Below, piece by piece: positions 9,634 to 18,314 of a stretch of DNA of 64,000 nt. The position numbers and the translations under genes were made by a program. The notes under the pieces were generated by a model. It was given only the letters and a program-made list of their open reading frames with translations, made no database searches and was not told the DNA's origin. The stretch comes from an uncultured Gemmatimonadales bacterium. Lineage in GTDB: Bacteria; Gemmatimonadota; Gemmatimonadetes; Gemmatimonadales; GWC2-71-9. Where the stretch lies: the NCBI GenBank assembly GCA_963798915.1, contig CAWCVB010000002.1, forward strand, positions 640,001 through 704,000. Direction: 5' to 3'. The number at the start of each line of letters is the position of its first letter. The stretch's first letter is position 1.

Positions 9634-10292
9634 TGCGACGACTCATTCTTTTCATGACGATCATGGGCGCGGCTGGCTGCGCCCACCGCGGCCAGCCCGC
9701 CACGACACCGCCGCCGGTGGTGTCCGACGCAGCGGCCGATTCGTTGCTGATGGACGTGCGCCAGGTGGATTCCACCATTCAAGTGGAACTCCGATACGCC
9801 ACCACCAATAACTTTACCGGTGCGGTGCTGCCGGGCTACCAGGGGAACACGGCCTACCTTCGGCGGGAGGCGGCCGCCGCGCTGGGCCGAGTGCAGCGGG
9901 ATTTGCGGACCGAGGGGTTGGGGCTCAGGATCTACGATGCCTACCGGCCGGTGCGCGCCACCCTCGGCATGGTGACGTGGGCCGAGCGGACCGGACAGGT
10001 GCACCTGCTGGACGACGGCTACATCGCGCGGCGAAGCCAGCACAACCTCGGTGTGGCGGTTGATCTCACCCTGGTGGATCTGGCCACCAACCAGCCGCTC
10101 CCCATGGGCACGCCATTCGACACCTTTTCGGCGGACGCGCACACGGCCAATGCCAGGGGCCCGGCGCGCATCAACCGCGACCGGCTGGTTGGCGCAATGG
10201 AACGTGAGGGATGGAGCAATTATGCGCAGGAATGGTGGCACTTTACGTTCCGGGTGGAAGACCCGGTCGCGTTTGACAGAATCGTTCGCTGA
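9633..10292 (+). CDS. ddpX: D-Ala-D-Ala dipeptidase (M15D, VanX/DdpX-like), lipoprotein
   Basis: LRYATTNNFTG, YDAYRP, SQHNLGVAVD, EWWHF; TGATG overlap with copD. Confidence 0.88.
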   Translation: MRRLILFMTIMGAAGCAHRGQPATTPPPVVSDAAADSLLMDVRQVDSTIQVELRYATTNNFTGAVLPGYQGNTAYLRREAAAALGRVQRDLRTEGLGLRIYDAYRPVRATLGMVTWAERTGQVHLLDDGYIARRSQHNLGVAVDLTLVDLATNQPLPMGTPFDTFSADAHTANARGPARINRDRLVGAMEREGWSNYAQEWWHFTFRVEDPVAFDRIVR

Positions 10293-10383
10293 TTCCTTGA
10301 TTTTGGAGGAGTGACCCGATAACATGTCTCCTCTTGGACCGGGCCCCGGTCCCATGTCTTCATTCCGACAGGAACCGTCTGTC

Positions 10384-11493
10384 ATGGCTTTGTGGACTCG
10401 TGTGGCCTGCCGTTTCCGCCGGTGGGTGCCCGCCGTCCTGATTCCGCTCGCGACCGTGGCGTGCATCGGGACATCGGCGCAATACCCGCAGAGCACCTTG
10501 CATCCCAAGTCCGATTTCACGCGACTGCTGGACGGCGTCCTGATGAACTCCGTCTGGGCGGCCATCGTGGTATTCGTCCTGGTCGAGGGCGCGCTGGTCT
10601 GGGTGGTGTTCCGCTACCGGGGCCGGCCGGACGATCCGGAGCCGCGGCAGGTGCATGGCAACACCACACTGGAGATCATCTGGACCGCCATTCCGGCGCT
10701 GTTGCTGGCCGTCATCGCGGTGCCGACCGTCAAGGCGATTTTCCAGACCTATGAATTTCCCAAGGATGCGCTGAACGTCGAGGTGATCGGTCACCAGTGG
10801 TGGTGGGAGTTCCGCTACCCCGACTACGGGGTGCGTACGGCCAACGAGCTGCACGTGCCGGTCGGGAAGCGGGTCCTGCTCAAGATGAAGACCGCCGATG
10901 TCCTGCACAGCTTCTGGTCCCCGGAATTCGCCGGCAAGCGCGATGTGTTCCCCAATCGGACCAACACGCTCTGGTTTACGGCCGACACCACGGGCTATTT
11001 CTCGGGGCAATGCGCGGAGTTCTGCGGGACCCAGCACGGCCGCATGGCGTTCGAAATCAAGTCCACCTCACCCGACGAATTCGCGACCTACATCGCCGGC
11101 CTCAAGGCCACGGCTCCAAAGGCCGCGGCCGATTCGGCGGCGACGGCGCCGGCGAACCCCGAGCCGACCAGGGTGAGCACGCTGGCGGCGGCCACACGGC
11201 AGCTCGACCCGGCGGACCAGGCGGCGGTGGACAGCGGGGCCAAGATCTTCCGGATGTGCAGTTCCTGCCATTCGCTCGACGCCACCTCGACGGCCAACAT
11301 GATCGGCCCCAACCTGGCCAACATCGGCAGCCGGCGCTATATCGGCGCCCGCACCCTGCTCAACACGGAAGCAAACCTGGCCACCTGGATCTTCGATCCA
11401 CAGGCCATCAAGCATGGCGTCATCATGCCGAAGCTCGGGCTCACGCACGAGCAGGCGGCCATGGTGGCCAAGTATCTCGGGACGCACCGGTAA
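10384..11493 (+). CDS. ctaC: Cytochrome c oxidase subunit II with fused cytochrome c (caa3-type)
   Basis: GHQWWW, DVLHSFW, CAEFCGTQHGRM CuA site, CSSCH heme motif. Confidence 0.95.
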   Translation: MALWTRVACRFRRWVPAVLIPLATVACIGTSAQYPQSTLHPKSDFTRLLDGVLMNSVWAAIVVFVLVEGALVWVVFRYRGRPDDPEPRQVHGNTTLEIIWTAIPALLLAVIAVPTVKAIFQTYEFPKDALNVEVIGHQWWWEFRYPDYGVRTANELHVPVGKRVLLKMKTADVLHSFWSPEFAGKRDVFPNRTNTLWFTADTTGYFSGQCAEFCGTQHGRMAFEIKSTSPDEFATYIAGLKATAPKAAADSAATAPANPEPTRVSTLAAATRQLDPADQAAVDSGAKIFRMCSSCHSLDATSTANMIGPNLANIGSRRYIGARTLLNTEANLATWIFDPQAIKHGVIMPKLGLTHEQAAMVAKYLGTHR

Positions 11494-11505
11494 CCCAAGG
11501 CGATC

Positions 11506-13338
11506 ATGGCAACCTCCGCGGTCTCACACGCTGACCAGATTCCCGACATCCATGCAGAGAAACGGGGTCTCTGGAGCTGGATTACCACGGTCGATCACAA
11601 GCGGATCGGCATTCTCTACGGCGTCAGTGCCTTCACCTTCTTCCTGATCGGTGGCCTGGAGGCGCTGGTCATCCGCTGGCAGCTGGCCCGGCCTGACAGT
11701 ACGGTGGTCACGCCGGAGTTCTACAACGAGCTGTTCACCATGCACGGCACGACCATGATCTTCCTGGCCGTGATGCCATTGAGCGCGATGTTCTTCAATT
11801 TCTTCATCCCGCTCCAGCTGGGCGCCCGCGACGTGGCGTTCCCGCGGCTCAATGCGTTCAGCTACTGGGTGTTCCTGTTTGGCGGGTTGTGGCTCAACCT
11901 GAGCTTCCTGTTCCACGCGGCACCCAACGCAGGCTGGTTCGGCTACGCCAACCTGACCTCAAAGGAGTTCTCGCCCGGGCTCAACATCGATTTCTGGGTC
12001 ATCGGTCTCCAGATCCTTGGCATCTCCTCGCTGGCGGCGGCCGTCAACTTCTTCACCACGATCGTGAACCTCCGGGCCAAGGGCATGAAGTTCATGCGGA
12101 TGCCCATGTTCACGTGGATGAGCTTCATTACCCAGGTCCTGCTCCTGCTGGCCTTTCCGGTCATCACGGTCGCGCTGATCCTGCTGATGTTCGACCGCTT
12201 CTTCGGCACGCATTTCTACATTCCGGCCAGCGGCGGCGACCCGATCCTGTGGCAGCATCTCTTCTGGATCTTCGGCCACCCTGAAGTGTACATCCTCATT
12301 CTCCCGGGCTTCGGCATTGTGAGCGAGGTGCTGCCGGTGTTCGCGCGCAAGCCGCTGTTCGGCTACGCGGCGATGGTCTTCTCCGGCGTGTTCATCGCCT
12401 TTCTTGGCTTCGGAGTCTGGGCGCACCACATGTTCGCCACCGGCATGGGTCCGATTGCCGATACCGCCTTCAGCCTGAGCACGATGCTCATCGCGATCCC
12501 GACGGGCGTCAAGATCTTCAACTGGCTGGGCACGCTGGCGGGCGGCTCACTCCAGATGAAGACGCCGCTGTACTTCGCGATCGGCTTCATTGCGATGTTC
12601 ATCATCGGCGGTCTCTCGGGCGTGATGCACGCGTCGCCGCCGGCCGACCTGCAGCAGACCGACAGTTACTTCGTGGTGGCGCACTTTCACTACGTGCTGT
12701 TCGGCGGCTCCATCTTTGCGCTGACCTCGGGGGCGTATTACTGGTGGCCCAAGATGTTCGGCCGCATGCTGAGCGAGTCGCTGGGCAAGGCCCACTTCTG
12801 GCTCATGCTCATCGCCTTCAACATGACCTTCTTCCCCATGCACTTCGTGGGGCTGCACGGCATGCCGCGGCGGGTGTACACCTACCCCGCCGGTCTGGGC
12901 TTCGAGACCATGAACATGCTGGAGACGGTGGGCGCATTCCTGCTGGCGCTGTCCCAGTTGATCTTCATCTACAACATCATCAAGACCTGGCGCGGCCCTC
13001 GGAACGCGCCGGCCGACCCGTGGAACGGGGCGACACTGGAGTGGGCCATTCCCTCGCCGCCGCAGGAATTCAACTTCCCGGTTGAGCCGGAAGTCCACAG
13101 CCGCGACCCGCTGTGGGAGCAGAAGCGCCAGGAGGGGCGGCTGCCGGAGCCAGTGCGGGTGGGCGGTGCCGGCATTCACCTGCCCAATCCGTCGTTCTGG
13201 CCGCTGCTGACGGCCACGGGCGTCGGCGGCATTTTCGTCTCCCTGATGGTCCTGCCGCATCTGGGCTGGTGGTTTGTGGTCGCCATGGTGCTGTGGTTCC
13301 TGTTCAGCGTGTATAACTGGATCTTTGAACCTGCGTGA
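11506..13338 (+). CDS. ctaD: Cytochrome c oxidase subunit I, A1 type
   Basis: FTMHG, GHPEVY, WAHHM, PTGVKIF (K-channel Lys), AHFHY, GMPRR. Confidence 0.97.
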   Translation: MATSAVSHADQIPDIHAEKRGLWSWITTVDHKRIGILYGVSAFTFFLIGGLEALVIRWQLARPDSTVVTPEFYNELFTMHGTTMIFLAVMPLSAMFFNFFIPLQLGARDVAFPRLNAFSYWVFLFGGLWLNLSFLFHAAPNAGWFGYANLTSKEFSPGLNIDFWVIGLQILGISSLAAAVNFFTTIVNLRAKGMKFMRMPMFTWMSFITQVLLLLAFPVITVALILLMFDRFFGTHFYIPASGGDPILWQHLFWIFGHPEVYILILPGFGIVSEVLPVFARKPLFGYAAMVFSGVFIAFLGFGVWAHHMFATGMGPIADTAFSLSTMLIAIPTGVKIFNWLGTLAGGSLQMKTPLYFAIGFIAMFIIGGLSGVMHASPPADLQQTDSYFVVAHFHYVLFGGSIFALTSGAYYWWPKMFGRMLSESLGKAHFWLMLIAFNMTFFPMHFVGLHGMPRRVYTYPAGLGFETMNMLETVGAFLLALSQLIFIYNIIKTWRGPRNAPADPWNGATLEWAIPSPPQEFNFPVEPEVHSRDPLWEQKRQEGRLPEPVRVGGAGIHLPNPSFWPLLTATGVGGIFVSLMVLPHLGWWFVVAMVLWFLFSVYNWIFEPA

Positions 13339-13407
13339 TGGGTCACTGGTCGAGGGTCATGGGTCACGAGACCCGTGACTCATGACTCATGACTCACGAC
13401 TCATGAC
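13339..13407. repeat. Inverted heptamer tandem-repeat array
   Basis: Left arm GGGTCAY units; right arm TCATGAC/TCACGAC x4-5, able to pair with the left arm. Confidence 0.8.
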
Positions 13408-13418
13408 CGGAGTCCTCA

Positions 13419-14021
13419 TTGTCCGACCATAGCCTCGCCCTGGAGCACCATACCACCACCGGCCTCGACAGCCGGAAGATCGCGATCTGGACCTTCATCG
13501 GGTCGGAGTGCATGTTCTTCGCCTCGCTGATCGGGACCTACCTGGTTTATCACGGGCAGAGCCCAAGTGGGCCGACGGCCGGCGAGACCCTCGAGATTCC
13601 GCTGGTCACCGGCGGCACCGCCGTCCTCCTGTTCAGCTCGTTCTTCGTGGTGATGGCGCTCAATGGCGCGCAGCGCGGCAAGCGAGGGTCGCTGCTTCTC
13701 TGGCTCAGCCTCACGGTGCTTGCCGGCCTCAGCTTCGTGGGGATGCAGGTCTACGAATTCTCGCACTTCGTGCATGAAGGCGTCACCATCAAGAGCAACC
13801 TGTTCGGGGCCACGTTCTTCACGCTCACTGGTTTCCATGGCACCCACGTCTCGATCGGGGTGCTCTGGCTCACGACGCTGCTCATCCTGGCCTTTCGCGG
13901 CAAGATCACGCCCGAGAAGGCGATCAACTTGGAGATCGCCGCACTGTATTGGCACTTCGTGGACGTGGTCTGGGTGGTGATCTTCCCGGTCGTGTACCTG
14001 ATGAAGGATTGGAAGCCCTGA
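13419..14021 (+). CDS. ctaE: Cytochrome c oxidase subunit III
   Basis: WTFIGSECMFF, TGFHGTHV, YWHFVDVVW; TTG start after GGAG. Confidence 0.93.
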   Translation: MSDHSLALEHHTTTGLDSRKIAIWTFIGSECMFFASLIGTYLVYHGQSPSGPTAGETLEIPLVTGGTAVLLFSSFFVVMALNGAQRGKRGSLLLWLSLTVLAGLSFVGMQVYEFSHFVHEGVTIKSNLFGATFFTLTGFHGTHVSIGVLWLTTLLILAFRGKITPEKAINLEIAALYWHFVDVVWVVIFPVVYLMKDWKP

Positions 14022-14031
14022 GGAGATCCGC

Positions 14032-14382
14032 ATGGAAGCGCATGTAGCCGAGGCCGACGCCCACAGCCATCCGGGCCCGGCGCTCTATTTCAAGATTGCC
14101 TTCGTGCTGTTCATCGTGACGGCACTGGAGGTCGCGACCTACGAGCTGTCGCATCGCGGCGGGACACCGCAGTCGATCGTGAAGCCGGTGCTGGTCCCGA
14201 TCCTGCTTGTCCTCAGCGCCGTCAAGTTCGCGCTGGTGGCCATGTTCTACATGCACCTGAAGCAGGACAACAAGCTCTTCTCGGGGCTGTTCGTCTTTCC
14301 ATTGATTATCGCCGCCATCATCGTGGTCTCGCTGATGCTGCTGATGTCCTACCACATGCACTACAACGCAGGCCTGGTGTGA
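14032..14382 (+). CDS. ctaF: caa3-type oxidase subunit IV family
   Basis: Three TM helices, KFALVAMFYMHLKQD; position in operon. Confidence 0.85.
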   Translation: MEAHVAEADAHSHPGPALYFKIAFVLFIVTALEVATYELSHRGGTPQSIVKPVLVPILLVLSAVKFALVAMFYMHLKQDNKLFSGLFVFPLIIAAIIVVSLMLLMSYHMHYNAGLV

Positions 14383-15254
14383 CGCTGCCGGGCCTGCTGC
14401 TGCATGCTCGCGCCCCGGCCACCGTGCCCTGGACACCGGCGCTCTCGCTGCACTGGAGTACACTGCTGGGCACTGCGGTCTTCGGTGCCCTTTATGTTTG
14501 GGGAATCACGGTGGCGCGTCGGCGCTGGAACCTGGGACCGCCGGCCGGCCGCTGGCGGGTGGCGGCCTTCAGCGCCGGACTCGCAATCCTGCTGGTCTCG
14601 CTCAATGGCCCGATCCACGACCTGAGCGACGATTATCTCTTCAGCGCCCACATGGTGCAGCACCTGCTGCTGACACTGGTCTTTCCACCGCTCATCCTGC
14701 TTGGGCTTCCCGGATGGCTCCTGCGGCCACTGGTACGACCAGCCTGGGTGCGGCATGCCGGCCGCCTGCTCGGTCACCCGCTCGTGGCCGGGGCGGTATT
14801 CACGGTGGCGCTGTCCGCCTGGCACCTGGTACCAGTCTACGATCTCATGATGCGCAACCACGACATTCATATCGTGGCCCACCTGCTGTTCATCGTGGCA
14901 GCCTTCATCATGTGGTGGCCGGTCATGAGCCCGGTCGAGGAACTGCCCCGGCTCCCGCCCGCACTCGGCATGCTCTATCTGTTCCTTGTCAGCGTCCCGA
15001 TGCAGATCCCGGCCGCCATGATCTCCATGGCGGATTCGCCACTCTACGAATGGTACGTCCGAGCACCGCGCACCTTCGGGCTCTCGCCGCTGGAGGACCA
15101 GCGCATCGGTGGCCTGCTGATGTGGATACCCGGCAACCTCTGGATGTTCGGGGCGATCGGCGTGCTCTTCTTCCTCTGGAACCGGGAACAGGTGCGGGAG
15201 GATGCGCGGGACGCGCTGCTGGGTGCCGCCGGACGCCTGGGCGTCCAGCGTTGA
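14379..15254 (+). CDS. ctaG: Caa3_CtaG-type oxidase assembly protein
   Basis: YLFSAHMVQHLLL...PPL, LEDQRIGGLLMWIPG. Confidence 0.88.
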   Translation: MTLPGLLLHARAPATVPWTPALSLHWSTLLGTAVFGALYVWGITVARRRWNLGPPAGRWRVAAFSAGLAILLVSLNGPIHDLSDDYLFSAHMVQHLLLTLVFPPLILLGLPGWLLRPLVRPAWVRHAGRLLGHPLVAGAVFTVALSAWHLVPVYDLMMRNHDIHIVAHLLFIVAAFIMWWPVMSPVEELPRLPPALGMLYLFLVSVPMQIPAAMISMADSPLYEWYVRAPRTFGLSPLEDQRIGGLLMWIPGNLWMFGAIGVLFFLWNREQVREDARDALLGAAGRLGVQR

Positions 15255-16693
15255 CGACCGGACCGGCTGCGGGCACGCGCCGTGGTGGGGCGCCAGGGTG
15301 GCTGCGCCGCTGCTTGATGGCAGTACTGATGCTGATGCCCAGCCCGGCATGGGCGCAGGGAAAGGCGCCGCCCGACTTTGATGCCCTCGCCCGCGAGGTC
15401 ACCACCTGGCTCGCCGGTTATCTTCGCGTGGAGACCGTCAACCCGCCGGGCAACGAGACCGCCGGCGCTCACTACCTGCAACAACTCCTGGCCAACGAGG
15501 GAATCGAAAGCCGGATCCTGGAGAGCGCGCCGGGTCGGGGGAATCTCTATGCCCGGCTTCGCGGCACCGGGAAGCGCAGGCCGCTGATCCTCCTGCACCA
15601 CATCGATGTGGTGCCGGTGGACTCGAGCGAGTGGACCATGCCGCCCTTCGGGGGCGAGCTTCGGGACGGCTATCTCTACGGCCGGGGCGCGCTCGATACC
15701 AAGGGCGAGGGGATCATCCAGCTGGCAGCGATGGTCGCGCTCAAGCGGCGGGGCATTCCACTCTCGCGCGACATCATCTACCTCGCCAACGCGGACGAAG
15801 AAACCGGCTCCACCGGCGCCGACTGGTTCAGCACCGAACACGCCGACCTGGTGCGCGACGCCGAGTTTCTGATCAATGAAGGCGGGACCAATCTGGCCGA
15901 CTCGGCCGGCCGCACCATCTTCTACGGCCTCGATGTGACCGAGAAAGTCCCGTCGTGGATTCACCTGAATGCCCACGGCACCGGCGGTCACGGCTCGGTG
16001 CCAACGGCCGACAATCCGGCGGCGCGTATTGCACGCGCGCTGGGCCGGCTGGCCGAGTGGGAGACGCCGCTGACGCTGACGCCGCCGGCCGAGAGCTTCC
16101 TCAAGGCATCGGCAGCATTCGAGCAGGAACCCCGGCACCGGGCCTGGCTGTCGGATCCGGCGGCGGCCCTGGCGGATTCAGCAGGCCGGGCGTTCCTCCT
16201 CTCGGACCCGTATCGCAACGCAATTCTTCGTAACACCGTGTCGATCACGGTCATGCGCGGCTCCAACAAGACCAACATCATCCCGTCACGTGCCTCGGCC
16301 GAGGTGGACATCCGGCTGCTGCCCGGCACGGATCACGACGAATTCATGGATGATGTTCGCCACGTCATTGACGATTCGCTGGTAGAGGTCACCGCCGTCT
16401 CGGCGCCGCGCGAGGCGTCCAGCGCGCCCCTCAGCGGCGCGCTGGTGGATGCCCTCCGGAAGACCGTCGCGGCAATGGATCCGGGCGTGCCCATCACCAC
16501 GCCGATGCTCACTGGCTTTACCGACAGCTACTATTATCGCCGCCTCGGCATTGGCGCATACGGCGTCGATCCGTTTCGCCTCTCGGAGGCGGAGAACGCC
16601 ACGGTCCACGGCACCGACGAGCGGGTGAGCCTGGCGAACATCCGGTTCGGGACGGAATTCTTCTATCGGCTGGTGGAGCGGGTAGCGCGGTAG
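15251..16693 (+). CDS. Exported M20/M25/M40 metallo-hydrolase
   Basis: HHIDVVP, GRGALDTKG, ADEE, INEGG, GGHGS, HGTDER; start at TTG 15251 or ATG 15317. Confidence 0.88.
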   Translation: MTTGPAAGTRRGGAPGWLRRCLMAVLMLMPSPAWAQGKAPPDFDALAREVTTWLAGYLRVETVNPPGNETAGAHYLQQLLANEGIESRILESAPGRGNLYARLRGTGKRRPLILLHHIDVVPVDSSEWTMPPFGGELRDGYLYGRGALDTKGEGIIQLAAMVALKRRGIPLSRDIIYLANADEETGSTGADWFSTEHADLVRDAEFLINEGGTNLADSAGRTIFYGLDVTEKVPSWIHLNAHGTGGHGSVPTADNPAARIARALGRLAEWETPLTLTPPAESFLKASAAFEQEPRHRAWLSDPAAALADSAGRAFLLSDPYRNAILRNTVSITVMRGSNKTNIIPSRASAEVDIRLLPGTDHDEFMDDVRHVIDDSLVEVTAVSAPREASSAPLSGALVDALRKTVAAMDPGVPITTPMLTGFTDSYYYRRLGIGAYGVDPFRLSEAENATVHGTDERVSLANIRFGTEFFYRLVERVAR

Positions 16694-16755
16694 GGGCGCA
16701 TCAGGTTGCGTTCCTTCGGGCGCCAGACTCGTTCGCCCCTGCGGGGCGACGGACA

Positions 16756-17196
16756 ATGAACGCGGACATCCAAATGCCCCACGACCATACGCCCAACAAC
16801 GACCACCGCCTGCTTGCCATCGGCGGCATCCTGGCCGGCCTGGGCGTGGCGGCCGGCGCCTTCGCGGCCCACGCGCTGCGAACTCGGCTGGCTCCCGACA
16901 TGCTCGCGGTGTTCCACACCGGTGCCACCTATGAAATGCTCCACGGTATCGCGATTGTGGCCGTCGCAGGTGCCATGTCGCATTTTGACCGCGGCCGGCT
17001 GCGAGCCGCCTGCTGGCTCTTCATTGCAGGGATCGTGCTGTTCTCAGGAAGCCTTTATCTGCTGGCGATGACTGGCACGAGGGCGTTCGGCCTGGTCACT
17101 CCGCTGGGCGGACTGGCATTGCTGGCGGGATGGGCGATGGTGGTGGCAGGGGCGAAGAAAGGCGGGAAGACGGGAAGGCGGGACGACGGGAGGTAG
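16756..17196 (+). CDS. DUF423 (YgdD/TMEM256) membrane protein
   Basis: GAFAAHAL, LFSGSLYLLA, TPLGG. Confidence 0.88.
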   Translation: MNADIQMPHDHTPNNDHRLLAIGGILAGLGVAAGAFAAHALRTRLAPDMLAVFHTGATYEMLHGIAIVAVAGAMSHFDRGRLRAACWLFIAGIVLFSGSLYLLAMTGTRAFGLVTPLGGLALLAGWAMVVAGAKKGGKTGRRDDGR

Positions 17197-17282
17197 GCGT
17201 TGGCCAAAGCCTGATTCGCCCGCCGACTTTGTCGCCTGCCTAGCTTCCCTCCTGCCCGTCCTGCCCGTCCTGCCCGTCCTGC
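17161..17282. repeat. Facing 8-mer and 9-mer tandem repeats at a convergent gene junction
   Basis: RCGGGAVG x4 in the DUF423 3' end; CCTGCCCGT x3.5 encoding the [10 protein letters not shown] tail of FabI. Confidence 0.7.
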
Positions 17283-18163
17283 AAGGCCATCCCCATCGCG
17301 TGGTATCCATTATCCACGAAGAGCACGGTGCCGGTGATGGCGGCGGCGAGGGGGCTCGCGAGGAAGGCCGCGGCGTGCCCCACATCGTCTGCCTCGAAGT
17401 GACGGGTGAGCGGCGAATTGGATTCGGAGTAACGGATCATCGTGTCAATGAAGCCGATGGCGCTGGCCGCACGGGACGCCCAGGGGCCGGCGCTGATGCA
17501 GTTGACTCGCACGCCCCACCGCCGGCCCGCCTCAAACGCCAGTGTTCGCGTATCCGACTCGAGCGCCGCCTTGGCTGACGACATGCCGCCGCCATAGCCG
17601 GGAATCACCCGCTCGCTCGCCATGTAGGTGAGCGACACGAATGAGCCGGCCGAGCGCATCAAAGGCGAGAGCGCCCGCACCAGCGCGACGTTGCTGTACG
17701 CGCTCACGCTCAACGCCTCGAGGTAGCCGCGCCGGCTGGTGTCCACCAGCGGATTCTTCACCTCTGGTCCATTGGCGAGGCTGTGGACCACGATGTCGAG
17801 GCCCTGCTCGCCGAAATCAGTTCGCAGGCGCTCGGTCAATCCTGCGATGGTGAAGTCACCTCGTTCGGCGTACCGCTTGCTCTCGCGAACCGACGCCGGC
17901 ACCTGGTCCATGGAATCGAAGGCCGCGTCGAGCGGATAAATCCGTTCAAACTCCATCCGTGCCCCATCCTGGAGGGTCATGGAGCTGTCCATCTTGCCGC
18001 GTTCGAGCAGTTTCTCGAAGATGCCCATCGCCGGCGGCCAGGTGCCCACACAGATGCTGGCCCCCGCCTGGGCCAGCGACTTGGCAATCGCGAAACCGAA
18101 TCCGCCGTCATCAGCGACGCCCGCGACGAAGGCTCGCTTTCCGGAGAGATCGATGGGAAGCAT
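17240..18163 (-). CDS. fabI: Enoyl-ACP reductase, plant/Chlamydia-type FabI
   Basis: [50 protein letters not shown]. Confidence 0.92.
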   Translation of the reverse strand: MLPIDLSGKRAFVAGVADDGGFGFAIAKSLAQAGASICVGTWPPAMGIFEKLLERGKMDSSMTLQDGARMEFERIYPLDAAFDSMDQVPASVRESKRYAERGDFTIAGLTERLRTDFGEQGLDIVVHSLANGPEVKNPLVDTSRRGYLEALSVSAYSNVALVRALSPLMRSAGSFVSLTYMASERVIPGYGGGMSSAKAALESDTRTLAFEAGRRWGVRVNCISAGPWASRAASAIGFIDTMIRYSESNSPLTRHFEADDVGHAAAFLASPLAAAITGTVLFVDNGYHAMGMALQDGQDGQDGQEGS

Positions 18164-18198
18164 GATGGTCCTGGTTGAGGGTAATGGGCTGGCTGCCA

Positions 18199-18314
18199 GG
18201 CGCTCTGCGCTATGAGCCAAGCGCTATGCGCCAGGAGCGCCTGACACCAAAGCGCACAGCGCACAGCGCTCTAAGCCTAAGGCTTAAGCCCATCTTCGCA
18301 CAGCCCTCAGCGCC
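18199..18314. repeat. GCACAGC-family heptamer array with inverted GCGCTAT arm
   Basis: gcgctct/gcgctat units followed by agcgcac units; same family as 42761-42820. Confidence 0.7.

Noticed and set aside
14498..15250. Apparent N-terminal extension making a 731-aa M20 fusion
   Set aside because: Off-frame overlap with ctaG, low complexity; the signal peptide begins near 15317
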